From Asterionella formosa (taxonomy: Eukaryota), in contig NKIB01013542.1 of NCBI GenBank assembly GCA_002256025.1, positions 1 through 55,854 of the forward strand: DNA of 55,854 nucleotides, in the 5' to 3' direction. How positions within the stretch are numbered: position 1 is the first letter of the stretch; every line of letters begins with the position of its first letter. The position numbers were made by a program, and so were the translations under genes. Of the stretch, positions 49,981 to 55,854 are shown in pieces. A model generated the notes under the pieces. The model was not told the origin of the DNA and ran no database searches. It saw only the letters and a list, made by a program, of their open reading frames with translations.

Positions 49981-50179
49981 ATGCCGGTTCTTCCCTTGCT
50001 GATTTGTGTGGGTAGTATCAGATATTCCACTAAACTAGCTATGCTACGAAGAATATGTAAGCAGTTATAAATCAATTTCACTGAGAAACTTCTTTTTACG
50101 AAATGGTTGCTGGTGTCCTACACCATAAATGTGCGCTGTATCCAGTTGAACTATGAAGCATACCATGTATAGAGGTAAA

Positions 50180-50700
50180 TCTGAATTCATTCCCACTTTT
50201 CATCAGAATACAAGCGCCCAAACCAAGACCTCTATCAGGAAAGCAATCGTTTCGCAACATGAACTTGGCCATGTCCTTACACTTTTTGGGGTTATCTCAC
50301 TAAAGCTTGGCACACAGCAGTGAAGTATTCATGAGAGGATCCCACATGTAATCATGCAGAATGCCAGGGATGGTCCCACCAGGAAGTGAATCAATGGTGG
50401 GGACTAGTTTTCAGTTCTTGGACTGTGCGATATGAAAAGTTATACTCAGGGAAAAACTTAATTCGTGCAAACTTTGCCTACGACGACAAAATTAAAGGAT
50501 ATTATGCAATACAGTGGGAAATTAGCACCAGTGATGCTCATGAATAAAAAATTACAATTTCTTGAAAAGGCACACTACTTGGTTGAGACATCAAGGCTTC
50601 AAGCTAACCACGGTCTGATATCAATCACGGAATTCTTGGCTTTGCAGTGGAAATGGAGGTTCAAATGAGGCATCGAATACTTCGGTAGATACAATTCCGA
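50180..50700 (+). pseudogene. Possible decayed 3' end of a non-LTR retrotransposon ORF
   Basis: Frameshifted remnants KAIVSQHELG / GYLTKAW / WGLVFSSWTVRYEKLY resemble the Q..IGW..G..S..W and W...W..RN..LH C-terminal motifs of LINE-like ORFs. Confidence 0.3.
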
Positions 50701-52142
50701 CATTCCGTTCTGTAAACAACTTGCATCCTGTATAATTGAACAGAGTTAGTAGTTGTGGTAAACCCATTCAATAGCAGGATCAGGCAGCTATACCATGATG
50801 TTACAAGCTTTGCACTTATTCCTGTCTACAGTCCTCCCTTACATGCTCTTACCTGGAGTAGCTTCTGCTATTCATTGGTAACTTTCCTAGCTTGATGACT
50901 ATTATCAACATTTCTTCTTAAATTCTCACTGAAAATGATTACTTGATGTTATAAGCTTCTTAATAACTCTTATTTCAATCCCATCCTTGGCATTGCACAT
51001 CACACTTTGAGAAAAAATTCTCTAGTACTCTCTGTTGACAAGAACCTTATTTCCATTGATTTGAATAGTTAGTTGCATTAGCATGTTACTTGACATTCCA
51101 ATAGTCCATTTGATTCATAAGACTAAAATTTAGTCCACAAGCCTTATGACTTATGATTGCCATTGATACTATATTCTTGGCAGCTTATAATTACCATCAT
51201 TGCTTTGTGTTTTGGATGGGAGCAGGTGTCAATTTGAATTGCTGTGCGGTAGAGTTTATCCTGTAGCTTGTCTTGGCTAAGTATAACTATTGTGCATTAC
51301 ATCAGCCAGTTGCAACGATACAGTAGGTGCTTCCACACAGGAGAGCAATGCTGCCAACAGTCGGATGTTTACCAGATAGTGTGTCTATGTCCATATAATG
51401 GGGTGTCATGCAAATCAGGTGATCAATTGATTTCTTATCATGAACAAGAACTTTTATGGTATGGTGTTGGCATTCAAGAAAGTGACTCCTTAACCTGTCA
51501 TTAAGAGTCACTGGCACTAGATGAAGGTTGTTTAATGTTCCTGCATATAGTTATTTGTTGTTTTATTGTATTTCCCAATGAAAACAGGAATGCAGATCAA
51601 TTTGCTTTCGATTTTCTTTGCTGTGAATTTTTTGGTGTTGACCCAAATTCTTGAAACCAATAGCACGCACACTCTGACATTTGATGTGTTCCATCTGCTA
51701 TAATGCATCTCGCCTTGGTTGCTACAAGCGGGGGTATATAGACAGAATTCTTGGCAAACAAATGGATGATTGAGTATCAGAAGACATGATTGGAAACTCT
51801 GTAGTTGGTTATGGCATAAGACTAATTTTCCATTTCTCCTCAGTCTGGTGACTGCAATGCAAGCTGCCAATCTCTAGACAAGCACGCTCATGAAAATTAA
51901 AAATTCTGATCTAATCCCACATGAAATGAGTACGAGTCCACTGTAGCTGCTACCGTTATGGAACTACAATATTACATATTATACCCCATTCACTACTCAT
52001 CCCAATGAGAACGTCTCAGTCATTTGCATGAACCTTTCATAAATCAGAACAGTGATGAGTATGTGTGCTAGCTACAAGCCGATTAAATTAAAGGTCTGCT
52101 AAAGTAGGTATCTGAAAGAAATGTGAATGATAGACCACTCCA

Positions 52143-54236
52143 TCATTGCCCGTTGGTTGGGGTATCCTGATTGTCCTTTCCGAATCCTCCAGTCAACTTG
52201 AGGAAGACACTCCGGGCTAGCCTAGATATTTTGGCCTGTAGGAATAAGCGACTGTGAGGGGAAATGCCTTGGTGAAAGTGTAATTTTTGTTAACAAATGA
52301 TTTAAAAAAACTTACCCTCCAATTTTCATTAATTGTCACCTCTGAATACTCGGTGGTTTCGTAGAGGCGAAGCAAATTTTGACGTCGCTCCGTAAAGCAA
52401 CTGGGGAAAAAGTCAGGATACCACTTTTGAATAGCTCCAAATACAATTATGTGGCCAATCGGTGACAACGGGATAATTAGGATGACTATAAACGGAATAA
52501 AATTTGTCACGTCTTTTAACGTTCGCCTGAAGCAAAGGGAGGGAAAAGTTGAGCTACCACCGTTTAGCATCCAATTGACGAAAAAATTCTGGCAACATAC
52601 CTTAAATAACGAACTTCCCGGGGCTTGAGTGTATACCCCTGGAGAGCTCTTGCAAACAGATTTAGACAAAAAGCAATATCACCGGCCAAAAGGCGAATCC
52701 CCTTTCCGTAAAATGCCACACCCTCCTGCGTTCTGGCCCACTGAATACCGAGCCATCGTTGAATTGCCTCTCTATCAAAACTGACTCCTGTCACGTAGTA
52801 ATCAATTCCTAACCGACTTTTGAAATCTGCCAACGAGTCCATAACTACCTTTAGGACATCGGGATCAATGCTCTCACCTGCCGTCACAAAGGGTTCGAAG
52901 GAAGCCACCTGAGACTCCAGCAATCCAAACTCGGCGACATTCAAACGATCTTGAATCGGTATGTAACCACTGTACGCAGCACTCTCCAGTTCGCCGGAAA
53001 GGTAAGTGTAAATTCGTTCGAGTTCGTAAAGCAATGACTGGTACGAGACTTCCTCTTTTTTCTTTTCTAGTTCCAATCTCGACGCTTCAAACTTTGCTCT
53101 CAAGGTTTGATCAAGGTTTGCAAGATTGATGTTGGCAACAGCTTGGCCATCGCTAATCGCTGCGAAGAGCTTGACAATGAGAAACCGCGAATCAAAAAAT
53201 TCACCCTGTTCATCCATGAACACACTTACCTGATTTCAACAAAATAGTGTGATCCATTTCCATATTTTGCAGCTCTGCTTGCAGAATTTCCAATCGCGCC
53301 CTTTGCCGTCTAATCTCGTCTGTGTCCTCAATCTTCGCCGTGACTGCTTCTGCTGTCCCATGATGAGGGGAAATCTCGTCATCCCCTTCTTCCGAGACGC
53401 TATCTGGATCCATCCCGTTGATGCGCGCCCATACTGCCGTGCCGAATGCCCTCATCGCCGCGCGGTCTTGCAAGGCCCCGTCCCAATCAGCCAACCCATC
53501 GTCTCTGACATAGAGCCTGGGTTCATCAGGCAGGTTGAAGTGTATGTCTGGCAATCCCAAATCGATTGTCGGTAGCAAATCGTCCGTTGTGTTATGTGTG
53601 GTCTGCTTAGCCATGGTTAAGGCATGACGTGTTTTCAGAATGCGACTGAAAAAAGCAGCATTGCAGGAGTGAGATGGACGTAATTTCCATTGGCGTCCAT
53701 GGCTTCATTGACGAAAGCGAAACTTACTTGAATAGTGCCTCGCGCTGTTCGTCTGTGTACACTAACGTCCCCATCCCTCGGCCAGGCACTGGTTTTGGGA
53801 ACGTATGCTCCACACCGGATTCGGAATCAGCATTCATGATTGCGCAACCCAAATCCTTCAACCTGTTATCGAGCTGTCCCATCAGTTTGTCATAATCTAC
53901 GGCCCGCTGTCGCTTGCGTTGGCCTTCCGCTTGCTTGGCATCCAGGGACGATGCAAATTCAGCAGTAGTCAAATCTTCCAGAGTTTCTCGAATCCACATG
54001 AGGTCCTTCAAGCGACGGAATTTGGCCGATGCCATCATAAATGTGGTGGGGACTTCCAACACAGGAGGTTCATTGGACACCACGTCGTCCGCAAGGAATA
54101 CCTGTGATGAGGGGACGTTCACCGTGTTGGAGAGTTGAGGTCGTCCCTTCGCTTGTCGCATTGGCAGGAACGAAGCAGTATTGGAAACCATCCAAAAGGC
54201 AACTGCGCCGACAAGCCGACATGACTGCTTCGTCAT
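52143..54236 (-). CDS. Plastid-targeted LETM1-like domain protein; exons 54236-53728, 53645-53230, 53159-52601, 52526-52316 and 52235-52143
   Basis: Four GT-AG introns keep a continuous frame. LETM1-like segment [38 protein letters not shown]..FPSCF. Presequence ...VSNTAS|FLP. Confidence 0.85.
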
Positions 54237-54644
54237 TGTCGCTCTGAAATTGCTCAATTGCTCGTTGTCTTCCACTCGTCCTGACTGCCTGATTTCTTGA
54301 TTGCTTTCAACGAAGATCGTCAGTAGCAATGAAAAAAAAAAGCAGTCGTCAGGCGCAAACACACATCATCCAAGTATACCTACCGGTAGACTCCCTGGTT
54401 CCTGGTACCAGTACCACTTTCACTGCTACCAGGTACAGGTAGCATTCGTATAGCTATATCATGCTGCCGGCGTGAACATGCGTTTTCTTGACCACTTATT
54501 GAGGTGGTGATTGAGGAGGTACCAGTACTATGATGCTAATAATCATATGTATACATACGACCGGTACTGGTGTGAACATGATAAGTGCATGATTAATATA
54601 TCCATGTATGAATAATAGAAAAGTCCCTGGTACTTTGTACCTGT

Positions 54645-54697
54645 GCATGTTGCGGTCATTTTAATCTGGGATAAAGGTAGCTAAATTACCGCAATGC
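54645..54697. mobile_element. Internally shortened third copy of the mini-MITE
   Basis: GCATGTTGCGG...TTAATCTGGGATAAAGGTAGCTAAATTACCGCAATGC; its core is the reverse complement of the core of copies 1 and 2. Confidence 0.6.
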
Positions 54698-54785
54698 CTT
54701 ATAAGTATCAAAGTCAGATACCTGGTAGTAAGTATTACGAACGTACCCGAAAATAAATCAACTCTCAGCGCAACCTTTTATGGCC

Positions 54786-55088
54786 ATACATATAGTCGTA
54801 GCTGTGTACTGCACTGGTAGTTAACTAGCCCCTTCGACAAAGCTCGCGATGTACATATACCGGTACTTGAGTACAGGGTAGACTGGGTACCAGGTACCAG
54901 CACATATAGTCGTAGCTTTGTTGTGCACCGGCACCTTCGACAAAAAAGCTATGTAGCGATGTACCGGTACTCGTTTAGACTGGGTACCAGGAACCTGGTA
55001 CATAAAGTCGTCGCTATGTAGTGCAGTGGTAGTTAACTAGCACCTTCGACAAAGCTCAGTATATATACTGCCTTGTATAGACTGGGTA
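54786..55088. repeat. Three diverged ~100-115-bp tandem units
   Basis: ATA(T)AGTCGT(A)GCT...CCTTCGACAAA...AGACTGGGTA recurs three times. Confidence 0.8.
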
Positions 55089-55854
55089 ATACCATCACCT
55101 CTAATAGCTTTGTCATGAAATGAAATCCCTTGTTGTACCTCCCCACTTTTCTAGTAATATGCATGTTAACATGCAAACCATGAAACTACTAGGAGATAAA
55201 ATAGTTAATAACAATTGAGGTACTAAACAAGCAATGTAAATACTAAAGACATTGCAAATTTCAAAATTTCAATGAAATTATCTAAACACACAGTAGTGAA
55301 TGCCCACCAGTGCAACAATCTTTTATCAGATGCATGAGTATGTATGTCACTGTTTGGTCTTGGCCATATGGCTCATAAATTCGGTCTATTGCTGTGTTTG
55401 CAGGAGTAGTATCACCAGCACAAACTAGCATTGCAACTGTCTCCCACAGAATTTAGCACCAGCAGTAAATAAATTTCAGTCTACTCCTTTCAACCCTTGT
55501 AAATAGCCTTTCTGGCTTTTGCCCTCCAATCCCAACCTCCCATTCCTGTCAAAGAACAACTAGCATCTTTGGTGTCTTAGCCACTACTATTGTACTAGAC
55601 TGGATCAACAGCCATTTTACTTTCCAAATCGTTTTACTTTGGGTTAAAGTACTGAAAGACTATTTAGGTTTAAGCAAATGATGGAATCTAATTTAATCAA
55701 GACAACGTTAAGCAATATTTTTCTTAAACTTTGTAGACAAGCATGCACAGTCCTTAATTCATATGTAGATGACTGCATGTGTCACTACAGAAGGAAAGAG
55801 ATTTACCAGCATTAGTCTACTGGTACTATGTTAACAATATGCTGGTAATAACAG

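Noticed and set aside
54786..55088. CRISPR array
   Set aside because: Whole units are diverged tandem copies, the context is eukaryotic, and there are no cas genes.

Overview
Eukaryotic nuclear DNA, most likely from a diatom or related stramenopile: it has short GT-AG introns, ASAFAP-like plastid presequences and compact, often divergently paired genes. Well-supported genes are an isochorismatase-family hydrolase, a bestrophin-like channel, BRR2/SNRNP200, a VPS9-domain Rab GEF, HDDC2, PIG-M, CPSF2 (CPSF100), a prolyl 4-hydroxylase-like enzyme, a second bestrophin/DUF4239-like membrane protein, a CSC1/OSCA channel, Nup54, a thylakoid-lumen-type protein and a plastid LETM1-like protein. Between them lie AT-rich islands of decayed, nested mobile DNA (about 3.3-5.9, 20.5-25.8, 32-38, 45.3-49 and 50-52 kb). 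Three unexplained signals stand out. (1) Non-coding DNA carries a pervasive TA-[C..G]-TA motif grammar; comparing paralogous repeat copies shows these are insertions at TA with the TA duplicated, as expected of accumulated transposon excision footprints, and they form chained arrays in promoters. (2) There are two copies of a tRNA-derived SINE-like element with target-site duplications, one with an empty-site paralogue inside the window. (3) A TTAA-flanked, Kolobok-like remnant carries a pseudogenised P2X7-ballast/KolX-like ORF. All family assignments come from motif recognition by eye; no searches were run.
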